Below, piece after piece: positions 34,464 through 35,018 of a stretch of 35,018 bases of DNA; within the stretch, counting starts at the first letter, position 1, and every line of letters starts with the position of its first letter. Below the pieces are notes generated by a model, which did no database searches, was not told the DNA's origin, and saw nothing but the letters and a program-made list of their open reading frames with translations. Position numbers and translations under genes: made by a program. Location of the stretch: IMG/VR virus record IMGVR_UViG_3300017774_002064, positions 1 to 35,018 of that record; one strand, given 5' to 3'. The DNA is from a virus (lineage: Duplodnaviria; Caudoviricetes).

Positions 34464-34841
34464 ATGACTACTACGAACAACACGCTTCCCCTCCTCGCCT
34501 CTTACACGCCTGGTCAGATTGAATTCATCAAGTTCCTTCAGACGAACCGCACTGCACTGACGGTGTACGACACCTGCACTGTGTCCCGCAAGGACTTGGT
34601 GGAACTCCTGAAGACCTCGCCGTACATCGCGGTTCCCGCGTGGATCGCTGCTACGAAGGCTCGCCGCGCTGGTCGTGGCAACTATCTGATCCCCGAACTC
34701 ACTGCCGATGTGGCTACGCTGACCGTGAACACCAACACTCGCGGTCGCAAGCCTGGTTCGCCCAATCAGAAGGGTCGCATCGCGCCTCCGTCCGCTCCCG
34801 CTCCCACTGCACAGCCCCAATTCAGCACCACCAATGCCTAA
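34464..34841 (+). CDS. stand-alone paralogue of the CobS N-terminal domain (putative DNA-binding)
   Basis: 'IAVPAWIAATKARRAGRGNYLIPEL...RGRKPGS' versus CobS 'AAVPAWCMDKTRKCGRGVYALPEL...RGRPAGA'. Confidence 0.7.
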   Translation: MTTTNNTLPLLASYTPGQIEFIKFLQTNRTALTVYDTCTVSRKDLVELLKTSPYIAVPAWIAATKARRAGRGNYLIPELTADVATLTVNTNTRGRKPGSPNQKGRIAPPSAPAPTAQPQFSTTNA

Positions 34842-34845
34842 CACC

Positions 34846-35018
34846 ATGCGAATCATCGCCATCATCGCTACTTCCCTCTCGCTCACTGGCTGCTACACGC
34901 AGACGAACATCACCCGCACCGTGAAGCACACGGACGGATCGGTGGAAACCTACGAGAACAAGTCCAACGGCTACAACTACAATCCGAATTTCACGGGTCA
35001 CATGGACAACAACTACCA
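34846..35018 (+). CDS. 3'-truncated small lipoprotein
   Basis: Manual translation MRIIAIIATSLSLTG-CYTQTNITRTVKHTDGSVETYENK...; LTGC lipobox; runs off the window. Confidence 0.6.
   Translation, partial: MRIIAIIATSLSLTGCYTQTNITRTVKHTDGSVETYENKSNGYNYNPNFTGHMDNNY

Noticed and set aside
1-35018. tRNA, rRNA, intron/intein, reverse-transcriptase (retron/DGR) signals
   Set aside because: None was recognisable by eye; NrdJ has normal length with no intein motifs, and intergenic gaps are short. tRNAscan/Infernal would be needed to exclude small RNAs.

Overview
This window is a gene-dense piece of a large T4-like (myovirus-type) bacteriophage genome; the host cannot be determined from it. (i) 1-1565 (+): an AT-rich trio of genes (partial ORF, LamG-like protein, tail-assembly-like protein) ending at a terminator. 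(ii) 1699-5170 (+): class II B12-dependent ribonucleotide reductase, a lipoprotein trypsin-like serine protease and a RuvC-like resolvase. (iii) 5171-29974 (-): a long late/structural block punctuated by T4-type late-promoter motifs (CTAAATA). It holds a 2002-aa fibre/possible depolymerase, conserved T4-like hypotheticals, a cytidyltransferase-like protein, a Cas4-like exonuclease, a gp68-like core protein, a PD-(D/E)xK-like nuclease and a ParB-domain protein. (iv) 30316-end (+): an early block with sigma70-type promoters driving a HExxH/VWA (CobT-like) plus AAA+ (CobS-like) pair and small ORFs. The main observation is that many late proteins begin with a T4 capsid-targeting-like leader (M-x-x-F-x-x-[YH]-[LI]-x-E). 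These include a five-gene, translationally coupled cassette at 24665-28416. Several of these proteins are strings of unrelated modules (HNH, ParB, nucleotidyltransferase) joined at [ILVM]-x-E sites, which suggests head-packaged, protease-processed and possibly injected polyprotein cargo. Also seen: probable leaderless early and late mRNAs, a repeated 27-bp palindrome plus a conserved box upstream of the early promoters, and small genes missing from the ORF track. All family calls come from motifs recognised by eye, not from database searches.
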